NCBI RefSeq assembly: GCF_018350175.1
Contig: NC_058368.1
Location: 137,084,001 to 137,148,000 of the forward strand
From: Felis catus
Taxonomy: Eukaryota
Direction of reading: 5' to 3'
DNA length: 64,000 nucleotides
The notes below the pieces were generated by a model that was not told the DNA's origin, ran no database searches, and worked only from the letters and a program-made list of their open reading frames with translations. This document shows, in pieces, positions 1-12,315 of this stretch (within the stretch, counting starts at the first letter, position 1; the number at the start of each line of letters is the position of its first letter). Both the position numbers and the translations under genes were made by a program.

Positions 1-759
1 CCCAATGCTTTCTTTGCTTGATTTCATGTCACTCTCAGAAAGGATGCATTCTTGGGTTGTTTGGTACCCAGAAGTCTTTTACACTTCAGAGTAATAATAC
101 TCCACCATAAGATCCAGAATGGGTGAGAGGTCTGTTTTTCTACTTTGTTAAAATGAGAGAAGGGAAAGGGGAGATGGAAAGCTGTGCTCTGAACCAATTT
201 TCTCCACACTTTCTTTCTAAAACCATATGGAGGAGAAAATGGTGTTTTAAAGATGTTAGGTCCCTTTATTTTCTCATGCTTTAAATAGGCCACCTATGAT
301 GCTTAGTTTCACCTTTATGTCAGGTATAAAATCTCCATGGGGATCCAGAAACTAGACAAAGGATAGGTTTTCCAGTCTCTTAAGAAAATGGATTGTAAGA
401 GATTTCCTGATAGGATATTTGCTTACTGAGTATTTGGAAAGTTTAAAATTCTCCCTCTGAATTAGTCTATTTTGCTTGTTTATACTGTGTTCAGGTGTTT
501 TCTAGATAGTATTAGAATCAGCACTATCATCAGTTCTTAATTATCTAACAATATTTATTCTGTTCATTACCTGAGGTCAATTTTTAATTTGGGTTGACTT
601 TTTCTTGAAATTTAGCACAACAAACATCTTGGCTCATTTGCCCCCCACAGCTCAACTAGTTTGAGCTCATGGAATGCAAACTAATTTTAAAATAAGCAGG
701 AGACTCCAAAGGCAAGATTTTCTGCCAAAAAAAAAAAATAATAGTAATGCATTAAGAGC

Positions 760-1362
760 CAACTGATAGTACTCTGACATCTGGTACCCCCCATTCTCCA
801 CAACATCTGCAAACCTGAAAACATCCCCAAAAGCCTCTGGGAGTGAACACTCTGGAAAGATTCAAACCTTGAAGGTTACAGAAGATACAAGACAACCCTT
901 CTTCCCCCAGACAATAGTGCATTCCCAGGAGACCAGGACCTCTAAAGGTCATAAAAACCATCCACAGAGAATATCAAAATACAGAAGCCCAGGAGAACTA
1001 GGTGGGAGAAAAGTGGAAGGAGCAGAAAAAAGTGACGAAAAATGAGAAGCAAGTGGCAAAAGAGAGAAGCCAGAGCAAAGCCTAGAAATTTTGATGATTC
1101 AGGAAGAAACAAACTCCCTATAAGAGAGGAGAAAGGACATGGGGAAACCCAGAAGACAACCAAGGAAAAGCAGCAGCAACCCAAAGAGCAGAGCAGACTG
1201 GAAGCCTTCAGCCCCAAACACCTCAGTCTTCTGAGGGCCTCTACACGGTATTCAGTGAGGGTCCCTGTTGTATTTCCATCTTTTGGGCTTTGATGAATAA
1301 AGATCCACTCCTGACCCTAGGGAAAAGAGACAGTCACTGAAAGAATCCATGTTATTAAAACA
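760..1362 (+). mobile_element. Possible ancient LTR-like relic (family unassigned)
   Basis: Purine-rich body, AATAAA at ~1297 followed by 'gatccactcctgaccc', ending near '...aaaaca'; only a general resemblance to old LTR ends. Confidence 0.25.
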
Positions 1363-1619
1363 CAATTTAGAACTGGAAAACTATCAGGAAGTAAGATGGC
1401 CTAAGCAATCAGCTCTTCCCTCCTCTTTCTGGATCACAGGATGCCCACAGACCCTGCTTCTCTCTGCATGTGGGCTCCTTCACTCTCCCTCACTCAGCCC
1501 TTTATCTGTTTCATCATAATTACTGCTTCCTCATAGCTGTGCTTACTTACAGACTGTCAGACAGTCTTCAGCTCCAACTTGTAGGTCACTCAGCTTGCCA
1601 GTCTGTTCCCATATCTGTT

Positions 1620-2192
1620 TATACCAGGAGTGCTTTTATTATAATTCTGTAATTTAATTAATTTATAGGTAAACTCAAAGCTTATAAATAGAAAAAAGTT
1701 AATGTTTCTACAAAAACTAATTTGAATGCTTTGAGAAGACTCATAAAGTTGGGTTTCACACATGACAAAAACCTCACTATCAAATTAGGTGTGATAAAGA
1801 CAATTCTAAAAGACTAGGGTAAAATACCAGAAAAAATCTATAAGTATTCTGCACTCAGCTTACTTAAAAATTGTCTTTAAATTGTTGATTCACTTGAAAG
1901 AAATCAAAACTGAAATTGGTAGATGATTCTCTATGAGTGTGATTTATTCCAGAAAGACAATATAGAACTTCAGTGAGCCAATCCATAATCAAAACAGAGG
2001 TCTTAGCCTTACGTGAAAAGATGGCAAATAAAATTATATGTATACATATTTATGTTAACTCATGTGTTTACATGTTAATCTAGATATATCTGTACAGCTA
2101 AAACTTTTTAGGTGGTATTATTTTTAAAAATGTTTTTCCTCAGTAACTACTAGCCATCAGTGCAGTCGGATTAGGTAGGAGGATTTCTGCTG
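1620..2192 (+). mobile_element. Tigger13a-like TcMar-Tigger DNA transposon fossil (decayed N-terminal HTH/CENP-B-type transposase fragment)
   Basis: 'tttgaatgctttgagaagactcataaag...aaattaggtgtg...tattctgcactcag...aaagaaatcaaaactgaaattggtagatgattctctatgagtgtgatttat' matches the recalled Tigger13a consensus; ends in TIR-like 'gtcggatt...ttctgctg'. The 5' boundary is uncertain. Confidence 0.7.
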
Positions 2193-2584
2193 CAATTTTC
2201 ATCCATTCTGGCCCTCCCCATTTAGTGACTTGCTTAGCACCAAGTACATAACAGACACTAGCGAACCCTTGTTCCTTGACAACCTCAAAGGAGGTAAGTA
2301 GGCAAGCAGTGATAACCTAAACTCCGTCCCCAAATTATTTTTCTGGCCCAGTACTCCTCAAGGAGTGAGCCAACTGTAAGCAATAATGAACTCAACCCAG
2401 TTCCAAAGAAATAAAATAATGTGGTCCCTTGTTTTGAATTCATTGTTAAAGGTTTTTAAACAATCCTCTCAAACAGCAAGAAACCTGCCCTAAACACCAC
2501 CCTTTCCCTGAGGTAGGGTAAGCAAGAAAATGGGAGCAATGAAAAATAGAGATCATGCATTTTTTTGCCCTACCCCTAGGGCAA

Positions 2585-2728
2585 CGAGTAAGAGCACAAC
2601 TCTAGAGTCTGAAGCTTCTCGGCATTAACTTGCCATGAGAACCCAGCGACTACCTAACCTTTCTAAGTCTCAGTTTCCTCTTTGTAAAATAGGTTGCCCT
2701 AAGAACTAAATGAGGTAATGCATGAATG
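2585..2728 (+). mobile_element. MIR SINE fragment
   Basis: MIR core 'ctaacctttctaagtctcagtttcctctttgtaaaatagg...aaatgaggtaatgcatg'. Confidence 0.65.
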
Positions 2729-2989
2729 GAAAGATAAGGTTTTCTTTTCCACTCCTACGCTTTTTTCTTTCTCTAACTACTCACCCACCATGGCACAGGG
2801 GAAGGTGGTAAAGACAAGAAACACCCCCCCTAATAAGGACTAGAGTCATATGCAGAGTGCTTAACAATAAGAAGAAAGAGGAATATTATTATGTTTGCTG
2901 TTCTCTGAAGAATATGAAGGGCCTAAAAAGCCCACAGCTTACTGTAAAGCCCACAGCAGGAGCACCTTGAAACTGTTCTCCAGGATGCA

Positions 2990-3100
2990 ATCATTCATTC
3001 ATTTAATGAATACCATTTGTGTGCCAGGCATTGTTTTATGCACAACAGTGAACAGAGCCAAGTTCTCTCTCACTGAGCTTACATGGCATTTAAATTGAAG
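2990..3100 (-). mobile_element. L2 3' end fragment
   Basis: 'tcattcattcatttaatgaata...tgtgtgccaggcattgtt' is the reverse complement of the L2 tail. Confidence 0.6.
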
Positions 3101-3497
3101 AAAAACCAGAAACTAAGAGGTTACCCATGAAACCTATGCACAATGCCTGTTGCAAAGTAAGCATTCAGTTAACACCAGCAGTCTTAATCATTGTTGTTAT
3201 TAACCCAACTGAAAAATCTAATTTAGGATTATTAAAATGTCTTTCTTGACCTCACACCATATAGAGGATTTTCCGACCCTAAAGCTGGACCCACCTCACA
3301 CTGGCTTTCTCACCTACTGACCTCAGAACCCCTGTGTCTTTCTCAGCACAGAACTCATTTTTCACCATCTTTCCCCTCCCCTACCTTCCTACTGTTTTCA
3401 GAAATCACAACTCTTTCCCCAGCTCTCTAGAAGTTAAGCATGGAAACTGGGGAAATCAGAGCTATAACGTTCTGTTAAAATATGAACAATTTGGTGT

Positions 3498-3731
3498 GTT
3501 TTTTTTGTTTTTTGGGTTTTTTTTTTAAATTTTTTTAACGTTTATTTATTTTTGAGACAGAGAGCATGAACAGGGGAGGGTCAGAGAGAGAGGGAGACAC
3601 AGAATCTGAAGCAGGCTCCAGGCTCTGAGCCATCAGCCCAGAGCCTGACGCGGGGCTCGAACTCACAGACCACAAGATCGTGATCTGAGTTGAAGTCAGA
3701 CGCTTAACCGACTGAGCCACCCAGGTGCCCC
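3498..3731 (-). mobile_element. Can-SINE (SINEC_Fc-like)
   Basis: tRNA-derived head, CT tract, A tail; TSD aacaatttggtgt at 3485-3497 and 3732-3744. Confidence 0.95.
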
Positions 3732-4389
3732 AACAATTTGGTGTTTTGATAGAGATTGCATTGGATCTGTAGATTGCTTTGTATAGTATGGACATTTTAC
3801 ATCTTCCAGTCCATGAGCATGGTATATCTTTCCATTAGAATATAGGTCTTTCATCTCCTTGGTTAAATTTATTCCTAGGTATTTTATCTTTTTTGGTGCC
3901 ATTGTAAATGGGATTGTTTTCTTAATTTCTGTTCCCTCTGAACCCACTTTGTTGAGAGTTTTTATCATCAACAGATGTTGTATTTTGTCAAATGCTTTTT
4001 CCATATATATTGATGATAATATGATTTCTATGCTTTCTCTTGTTAATGTGCTGTGTTACAATGATTGATTTGCAAATATTGAACCACCCTTGCATCTCCG
4101 AAATAAATCCTGCTTGATCATGGTGAATGGTTTTTTTTAATGTACTGTTGTATGCAGTTTGCTAATAATTTGTTGAGAATTACATCTTTGTTCATCCTGG
4201 ACATTGGCCTATAGTTTTCTTTTTTTGTAGTGTCTTTGTCTGGTTTTGGTATCAGGGTAATGCTGGCCTTGTAGAATGAATTTAGAAGTTTTCCTTTCTC
4301 TTGTATTCTTTAAAAATAGTTTGGGAAAAAATGTGTATTAACTCTTCTTTAAAAGTTTGGTAAAATTCACTCTCTTTCAGAAATTAATA

Positions 4390-4596
4390 GGGTGCCTGGG
4401 TGGCTCAGTCAGTTAAGTGTTTGACTTTGGCTCAGGTCATGATTTCATGGTTTGTGAGTTCAAGCCCTGCATCAGGCTCTGTGCTGACAGTTCAGAGCCT
4501 GGAGCCCATTTCAGATTCTCTGTCTCCCTCTCTCTCTGCTCCTCCCCTACGCACACTCGGTCTGTCTTTCTCTCAAAAATAAACATTAAAAAAAAT
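4390..4596 (+). mobile_element. Can-SINE
   Basis: gggtgcctgggtggctcagtc...ctctcaaaaataaacattaaaaa. Confidence 0.95.
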
Positions 4597-4682
4597 CATC
4601 TTTGAAGCCATCTGGTCCTGGATATTGTTTGTTGGGAGTTTATTGATTACTGATTTAATTTTAGTACTAGTTATCAGTCTGT

Positions 4683-4781
4683 AACCCATCAAGATATGGA
4701 AGCAACTCCAGGGTCCATCAAGAGAGAATTGATAAATAAGATGTGAGCTACAAGTGTAGGTGTATATACATACAAATATGT

Positions 4782-4819
<38 letters not shown>

Positions 4820-4945
4820 AGGGTTTATGCTAAGTGAAATAAGGGAAAGTGAAATAAGGGAAAGATAAATACCATATGATTTCACTTATATGTGGAGTCT
4901 AAAAACCAAAACAAACAAACAAACAAACCAAACTTCTTAAAAAAG
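4683..4945 (+). mobile_element. L1 ORF2 C-terminus/3'UTR fragment, sense orientation, containing (CA)n
   Basis: 'aagatatggaagcaac...ccatc', 'atgctaagtgaaataag', 'ataccatatgatttcacttatatgtgg' are L1 3' motifs. Confidence 0.8.
4786..4815. repeat. (CA)n microsatellite
   Basis: Direct read. Confidence 0.95.
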
Positions 4946-4952
4946 TAATCTC

Positions 4953-5178
4953 GGGGCGCCAGGGTGGCACAGTCGGTTAAGCATCCAACTTCAGCCAGGT
5001 CACGATCTCGCGGTCCGTGAGTTCGAGCCCCGCGTCAGGCTCTGGGCTGATGGCTCGGAGCCTGGAGCCTGTTTCTGATTCTGTGTCTCCCTCTCTCTCT
5101 GCCCCTCCCCCGTTCATGCTCTGTCTCTCTCTGTCCCAAAAATAAATAAAAACGTTGAAAAAAAAATTTAAAAAAAAT
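4953..5178 (+). mobile_element. Can-SINE (young SINEC_Fc-like), no TSD seen
   Basis: CpG-rich, near consensus: 'ctcgcggtccgtgagttcgagccccgcgtc...gggctgatggctcggagcc'. Confidence 0.95.
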
Positions 5179-5439
5179 TTGCAAATATGAATGATTGATG
5201 GTCCACCTCTCATCCTATTCTAGAAGTAAAAGATAACCTCTTTGCAAGGGTCTCCAGTTCTGTGCACATCTGTTAACACAAAGAAGTGACCCTGAGAGGC
5301 TGCCCTGGGACAGAGGCAGCTAATCTGCACATGGCCAAATTCCCACCTGGCAGGTGGGACCACAATGGTGTGTGGTCTTCAGGGCTGCCACACAGCCACT
5401 TATCTTGAACTGGAACCCCCCACACTCTGATCCCCCCTT

Positions 5440-5627
5440 ACCCACTTATCTATATTGTGACATTACCTTCTAACATGTGATTTATGTATTTATTAGGCTC
5501 TTTATTTTCCCTTTCCTCCATGAGAATGCAAATTCTTATGAGGGCAAATATGTTGGGTTTGTTCATTAGAACAATGCCTGGCACATACTAGTCACTCAGT
5601 AAGTATTTGCGGAATGAATGAATGAAT
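5440..5627 (+). mobile_element. L2 3' end
   Basis: 'agaacaatgcctggcacatactagtcactcagtaagtatttgcggaatgaatgaatgaa'. Confidence 0.75.
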
Positions 5628-7589
5628 TAGAACTTCAGAGGAAAAAGATTTCTTTCATTGCTAGAAGGGCCTTGGGGCCCTTAGTGGAGGCTCTGAAATG
5701 CAAAAGCAAGCAAAACTGAGACAACTGGCTGAGACTATTTTCTCATGTAAACTGGAAAGAAAGAGGAGTGGAGGTGGAGGCTCCAGCCCTTACGCCCTAC
5801 AAAGGAGGCCAAGGCTGCAAAGCAGGGTAATGATGCCCCTTCAGCTTTCTGGAATACTGGCTGTGTTTCCTGTCTGTCTTGTTCCCATTCTTTTGACAGC
5901 CCTATTCCTGGCTTTCTATTGTGAGCCTGTTCTTTCAATATCGTGGCTATTGTGATTAAATAAATTGAATAGGGATGAATGCATCATTTTCCCCCACTGC
6001 AGCATGAATAGCAGTTAGTTGGGCCCAGTAGACAGGAAACACAAATACATAATGAAACTGGGGTTTGAAAGCACCACCTTCAGCTGCAGGATCTGCTTCT
6101 TAAGAGAACTGACTGCAGTGCCCACACGAGCCCAGCTGCATGCAGGGCTTCATTCTCGGCCCTCCATGCGCTGGACCAGGCAAGGCAGGGATGAGAGGAG
6201 AGCAGGCAGTGTGGGGGATGTGGGAGGGGAGCACTAGCTCTCTACTCACACCTCGTTCCCTCCCCCCCCCAACCACCCCCACTAACTGGAAAAGGCTGCA
6301 TATTTTGGGCCTTCCATGGTTTCATAGCTGCTAGAGCAACAGCAGGTGACCAATGTAGTGGGAGGAGAGGACAGTGGGAGCCGGCTGCATGGAGCCTGGA
6401 GCAGGGGAAGGCCAAGCCACTGTGGGCTGGGTGGCCAGGGAAGCTCTGCCAGGATCTTATGCTCCTCCGTACCCTGAGGACAAGCTAATACTTGCTGGGA
6501 GAACTAGGGGTCACCCTGTAGAGCCATTTTTGTGGTTTTAACCATCTTTGCTCCAGGACCTAGGGCTTCAGGGTAGAGGTGTGGTGGGAGGGTGGGGCTC
6601 TTCCCTTCCACAGGCCAAGAGAGAGAGAGAGACTTTCTGCTCTTGGCTCCCCTTCTTGCAGAACCAGCTGCAGGGCTCTCCTGATAACCTCTCCACTTCC
6701 CCTGCAGCCTCTCCTTGACCACCTTGCCTCCTTGGGATCCCCCACCCCTGAATGGCTGCAGCACTTTTAGCAGTTCACCTTATCTCTCATCCCAGTTTGA
6801 GTCTCCCACTTAAAATGTAAAACACATAAAGAACCACATGCTCTTTTTTCTTAAGCTTCCTTTTTTCTATTTATTAAGTGCTGCTGCAGTTTCTCTTGTG
6901 TTCAACTCAGAGTAATGACCCTCACCAGCTACTAACTGGGTGACTTCAGGAAAATCCTTCTGGACTGGTGGTGGTCTCAGCTGCAAAATGAGATGTATAA
7001 GGTCCTTCCCAGTTTTAAATGCAGGGACTTTCCAAAGAGACTTAAAGTTGGTTTACTAGGTAGAGCTGATCTGGCTACAGTGGTTTGGGATCTAAATGCA
7101 TTGTTTCTGGAGGTCATGGATTGATAGCATCTGTGAGCAGTCACCAAGAAGAGGTGACCCCTGGCTTCTTCCCTCCTGGACACTCACTACCTGCCCCAGA
7201 TCTTCTAAAACTGAGTCCCCAGTTCATAACGTGTGACTTCTCCAATACTGGCGGGGTATAGGAAAAATGCCTTCTCCTGTAAGTTCAACGCTGAAAAGCA
7301 AGAAAATTTTCAGGAAGACTTTTTGCTAGGAAATTGTAAAATAGAAAAATGGAAAACCATAGATGCATCCAGTCAGAGCCCACATTTGCTGAACTTCAAT
7401 AAAAGGCAGACATTGGTTAGCACATTTTAGGCAACCTTTAGCCCCAGATCATTTCCCTGAGCTGAACCATGAAGGAGAAGGATGTCAAGCCAAAGATACG
7501 GAATCTTCCACCATGCAACATATGCTGCCCCCTTCCAGGGTCTATACAGAGGAAAGAACCCAGGCTCAGAGATCATTCACATGTCAGTT

Positions 7590-7810
7590 TGACTTCAGTC
7601 CTGGCCTTTAATCGCTGGCTGGCATTGAACACGCTTCTTAAATTCTCTGATTCTCACTTTCCTCTCTGTCAAATAGGAATCGTATCTTCTATCCTGTTGA
7701 GTTGAATGAGTATTAAATAAGAATGTATGTGTATCATTCAGCATTCTTCATTGTAAGCAAGCACTTACCCCTGTGGGCTTAATAAACACAGCAGCAGTTT
7801 ATTATTATTG
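7590..7810 (+). mobile_element. MIR fragment
   Basis: 'cttaaattctctgattctcactttcctctctgtcaaataggaat...gagtattaaataaga'. Confidence 0.55.
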
Positions 7811-8391
7811 GAGGCAGTGAAGTCAGAAAGTCTTCCCAAATTACACCAGCAGGTGCTCCCAGGAGCCCCTCCTACTCCAGCAGCTGGCACAGGCCCCATA
7901 GTCTATACCACTGTTCCTAGGCCTGCAGGTCCTCATGGCGGCTTTTGCAACTGCTGCTTCCCAAAGCTAGACTTCCCAGGATGCCACCTTCACTGCAGCA
8001 CTGCCTTCCAAACCAAAGTCTTACACAACCCTCTAGCCCTGGCAAAGCCCACCCTCTCTGACCCATTTTCCTCCATCTTGTTTGATTAATTTGAGACAGT
8101 CATCTGCCTGTTTTTTAGGTTAATTGGACCCTTGGGTGAAATTCAGCTTTTTAACTCTTCTTCAGGAAGAGAACAGCATGACCATGGAGGGAAAGACCAG
8201 CTTCCCCTGCAAGCTCACCGCTTTACCCCCTCACAGCCCCAAGTTAGTACATTATCCCTTCCTGTCAAAGCTTACACCATCTTTACACCTGATACATCCC
8301 TATGTCTAGTTCTGAGTCAAGGTCAGTTACCAGCAGAACCGCCACTTAGATGTTCTTTGATTCAGTTTACAAATGCTTCGAAGGTCCAAAC

Positions 8392-8705
8392 TGGGGGTTC
8401 TCAGCCCCTGGGTGCATATTAGAATGCAGGGGGTGTGGGGGAGCTTATCCTTGGAGAGTCTAATTTATTTCATCTTGAGTGAGCCCAGCTGTAGGCATTT
8501 TTTAAATTTATTTATTTTGAGACAGAGAGTGAGAGAGAGAGAGTCCCAAGGAGGCTCTGCGCTGTCAGTGCAGAGCCTGATGCAGGGCTCAATCTCATGA
8601 ACCATGAAATCATGACCTCAGCCAAAATCAAGAGTTGGACCTTAACCAACTGAGCCACCCAGGTGTCCCTGAGCTGTAGGCATTTTTAGCAGCTCCTAGT
8701 TTATT
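8392..8705. mobile_element. MER5-like hAT-Charlie fossil interrupted by a Can-SINE
   Basis: 'ggttctcagcccctgggtgcatattagaatg...gagtctaatttatt...gcatttttagcagctcc'. Confidence 0.5.
8503..8669 (-). mobile_element. Can-SINE
   Basis: Reverse-complement SINE; TSD agctgtaggcatttt on both sides. Confidence 0.92.
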
Positions 8706-9548
8706 TTACTGGGGGCACTGTCTTCTAAATTCCCATCAAGGTTTTACTTACAACAATGAAAGCTATAAGCAAGGGGTAAAAATTGAAAGCATAATATGAA
8801 ACAAGAGTGGGAGAGGGAAATATATACTCCCAATCTCTAATAACTGTTGACAAATGTTAATTTTTGAGTTGACATTTTTGCAAGTAGCAGAGACGAATTA
8901 ACCTTTTGGGACCATTTTAGCTTCTGGGTTTGAATGTCATGCAAATTCTTCTTAGCTCATGGGGTACCTATTAATATTGAATTTAAACAGAAAACGGGCT
9001 GGAGGAGAGAAAGGGGTCTTTAAGGGATGTGACACAATGCCTGGTTGTCAAGTATTTTTAAGATAAGTGAGGAATGGCAGATTCTAAATTCTGTTTACCT
9101 CACATGTTTGATTCATTAAATAACATGAGTCATCTGATGACAGAGTGATTGAGGTAAAAATATTGACAACTATGAAAATGCCAGGGTGTTTATTACTCGT
9201 CCCTGACTCCACACATCTCTTTTCAATTTCCCCATTTACGTACCATTCGAAACTGTCAATTACAGTGATAAGAAAGGAGCAGGAGGGGATCAGTATGCCT
9301 TCAGTGAAAGAATAGGGAAAATGCTATAGAATGGTGGAAAAGTATGGAAAAAACATCTCACCATGACTCACCTTATGTAGCTGACTCACGAGCGTCGTGA
9401 GGGTGTGGTGTGGATATGGTGTTCCATGAGAACACTGACATGCTATTGCTCCTGCCCTTGTGGAAAAAGCTGAGAAGACTTGTCCAAACTGCCATTTGGT
9501 GCACAATCAGGCAGAAGTACAAGGACTAAGGAACAAAAGGAACCCACT

Positions 9549-9990
9549 AGTGGTGGACACATGTCATTCCTTTTTGGCCAGTTATTCTGAATCCCTGTCC
9601 TTTGCTTGGGAATTGCCCACCTCCCACTATAAAAGCTAAGAGTGTCAGGCACTCATTTTGCCTGCTGCTCTTGTAACCAGGACACAGGCATAGGGACCTG
9701 ATGCAGACTCCCCCATCAAAGGTGACCTCCAGACAGAATCAGAAGCCCAGTGAATAGAAATGGCGCATGATGGCATTAGGCCGCGGTTCCAGCAGATGGG
9801 TCGGCAGCAGCAGCAGCATGATGGGGGCGGCTACAGCACTGAAGATGTCATACTTTGGGGGCTCAGCGCAGAGCCAGTTCTACACTGCAGTGGGGCTGGC
9901 TGTCAGACCTCTGAGCTCTTTGATGAGCTGCCCAATATCTATTAAATACAAGTTTTCTTTCCTCCTTAAATGACCCTGGATCATTACAGC
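9549..9990 (+). mobile_element. Old ERVL-type LTR (LTR67B/LTR33-like)
   Basis: 'gtggtggacacatgtc...gggaattgcccacc...aagctaagagtgtcaggcactcattttgc...', a GCA-repeat block and an 'attaaat...ttttctttcctccttaaat' end resemble recalled consensus. Confidence 0.5.
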
Positions 9991-10039
9991 AGTCATGTAA
10001 TTGTTACTCTACCTCACACCTTGGCCTTCTATTGTCTGT

Positions 10040-10690
10040 TCTCAGTGAAGGATCTAGAACGTTCCTGTGAAAACATCAATCATGACATACTATTGCTCAG
10101 CTCAGAACCTTTCCAGTGGTATCTCTTCTCACTTACAGTAAAAGCCAAAGAGGGGCACCTGGGTGGCTCACTCGGTTGAGCATCCGACTTCAGCTCGGGT
10201 CGTGATCTCATAGTTCGTGATTTCAAGCCCCGTATCAGGCTCTGTACTGACAGTTCAGAGCCTGGAGCCTGCTTCAGATTCTGTGTCTCCTTCTCTCTCT
10301 GCCCCTCCCCTGCTCATGCTCTGTCTCTCTCCCTTTCAAAAAAAAAATAATAAAATGTACATTAAAAAATTTTTTTTAGAAAGCCAAAGATGTCCAGTGA
10401 CCTCAAAGGCCACTGGACGTCCCTCTGAACACATTGGCATTTCCATCCCTCCTCACTCAACCTATAACAGCCATGCAAACATTCCTGCCTCAAGGACCGT
10501 TCACTTGCTGAAATTCTTCCTGGAAATTTATGTCAGTCTCTCAGCCACCACTAGAATGTAAGGTCCAAAAGGGGCAGGAATCTTGGTTTTGTTTGCTGCT
10601 GCATCTACACTGCCTGGAAAAGTGAGTGCCTGACACAGAACAGGTTCTCAGTAAATATTTGCTGAAAGATTGGATGAATAGATGGATGGA
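10040..10690 (+). mobile_element. L2 3' region interrupted by a Can-SINE
   Basis: 'ctgctcagctcagaaccttccagtgg...aaagccaaag', 'ctagaatgtaagg...gcagg', 'gtgcctgacacag...ctcagtaaatatttgctgaa'. Confidence 0.75.
10152..10378 (+). mobile_element. Can-SINE
   Basis: Full SINE; TSD aaagccaaaga. Confidence 0.95.
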
Positions 10691-11009
10691 GAGGATGTTA
10701 ATGACTGGTGACAAGTGTACGTTTACCTGACAAGGGAAAGGTGGCAGGAATGAGAAGGTGAACTTGTAGATGCATGCCAGGTGCTATAGTTCGCATTGTA
10801 GGGCTCTGAACTGAGAAGTGTTGTGCCATGAATGGTTTCTTGCAAGGGACAGTCAGTGACAACATTTGAGGACTCCTTATTTTTGCTTTTTATGGAATAG
10901 GATGAATTTTGAGAGGAAGCCAGCAATCAGTCTTGGTTGTCGGAAATTTTGACATCAAACAAACAATTGTGCAAATTAATTTGAGGAAGAGTTGGGACAG
11001 TATAATAGC

Positions 11010-11211
11010 AGTAATAATAATAGCAGCTAAATTTATTGAGTGTTTATCAAATGTTGGGTAGTTCTTTAAAGACTTTACATGGACTGGGGTGCCTGGGTGA
11101 TTCATTCACTTAAGTGTCTGACTCTTGATTTTGGCTCAGGTCATAATCTCACAGTTCATGAGATTGAGTCTTGCATTAGGCTCTTTGCTGATCGTGCAGA
11201 ACCTGCTTGGG

Positions 11212-11274
<63 letters not shown>

Positions 11275-11465
11275 TCTCTCTGCTCCTACCTGGCTGTGCA
11301 CGCTCTCTCTCTCTCTCTCTCTCTCTCAAAATAAATAAAACATTTAAAAAAAAGGACTTTACATGGACTATCTCATATTATCTTTGCAACCGATTTATTG
11401 TTTTTTCCATTTTGCAAATAAGAAAATGAGAGGCTAAACAATTCGCCAAAGGCCATAAATCTAGG
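11010..11465 (-). mobile_element. MIR interrupted by a Can-SINE
   Basis: 'aataatagcagctaaatttattgagtgttta...' and 'ccattttgcaaataagaaaatgagaggc'. Confidence 0.65.
11086..11353 (+). mobile_element. Can-SINE with expanded (CT)n tract
   Basis: Long CT run at ~11216-11265; TSD gactttacatggact. Confidence 0.95.
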
Positions 11466-11589
11466 AACATTTCACTTAATTATTTGGTTATGTTTCGAGC
11501 TGAGACAAGAAAAAATTTTAAAGTGATCTGGTTGTCTTATATTCTACGAATGACTCTACAGAATGATAGATTTCAAGTATGGTGTTGTA

Positions 11590-11810
11590 GAACGTGATCA
11601 GGCAGATGGGTTTTGAACATCAGTTCTGCCACTCAGTGTCTGTATGACTTTAGACAAGTTACTGATCTCTCCGAGTCAATTCCCTCATTTGTAAAATGTG
11701 AAATCATATGCTTCTTGCATATGTTACCATGATTAAATATAATCGCACATGCAAACACCTAATATAATGTCTGTCCCAAAGAAGTCACTTACAAAATGGT
11801 ATTATTGTTG
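11590..11810 (+). mobile_element. MIR fragment
   Basis: 'ctgccactc...tgactttagacaagttactgatctctccgagtcaattccctcatttgtaaaatg'. Confidence 0.65.
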
Positions 11811-12127
11811 TTGCTATTGTTGTTGTTACTGTTGCAGTTAATAGTGAAGGAATTCAGAGTCTGGCCTCTTGGCTCCATTCTGTGAATGCCTACATCTGTG
11901 CTTTTGAAACATTAGTGGATGGCGTTTAGAATTGACTAGACTGCAATATAAAAATGTCAACTTCTGAGTTCCATCCCTCAACACTCTAATTTAGTATATA
12001 TGATGGGGTCTAGAAATGTCACTCTTGGTTGGAAAATTGGCCTTCTCTTAACTCCAGAAAGAGAGAGAACATCTACCTCTCCTTTCTAATGTGCCAGCTG
12101 AAATCCTTATATGACACTGACCTCTCA

Positions 12128-12315
12128 TGCAGTGTCGTCTAATGGTTAAGGGATTGGGCTCTGGAGTCCCACAGCTCTTGGACCCTGTCTGTGCCTGTCT
12201 TTATGTGTAAAATTGGGATAACAATATACCTCTTAGAGATGAAGCAAGGCTTAGAATAAACACGTAAAATAATTAGAGTTTGGCACAGATTAGGTTCAGT
12301 AAAGGTTAACTATTA
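12128..12315 (+). mobile_element. MIR fragment
   Basis: 'taatggttaagggattgggctctggagtc...tgtaaaattgggataacaata'. Confidence 0.55.

Larger units (their letters stand above)
3469..4682 (-). mobile_element. L1 ORF2 (RT region) fragment, antisense, internally deleted, interrupted by two SINEs
   Basis: Minus-strand translations contain L1 ORF2 motifs [25 protein letters not shown] and [21 protein letters not shown]-like 'gaagccatctggtcctgg' at ~4604; deletion junction at ~3930. Confidence 0.9.

Noticed and set aside
942..1293. Overlapping hydrophobic/charged ORF pair
   Set aside because: Explained by purine/pyrimidine strand skew in an LTR-like relic; no homology recognised.
3696..4004. RT-like ORF as a functional CDS
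   Set aside because: Deleted, interrupted L1 ORF2 remnant.
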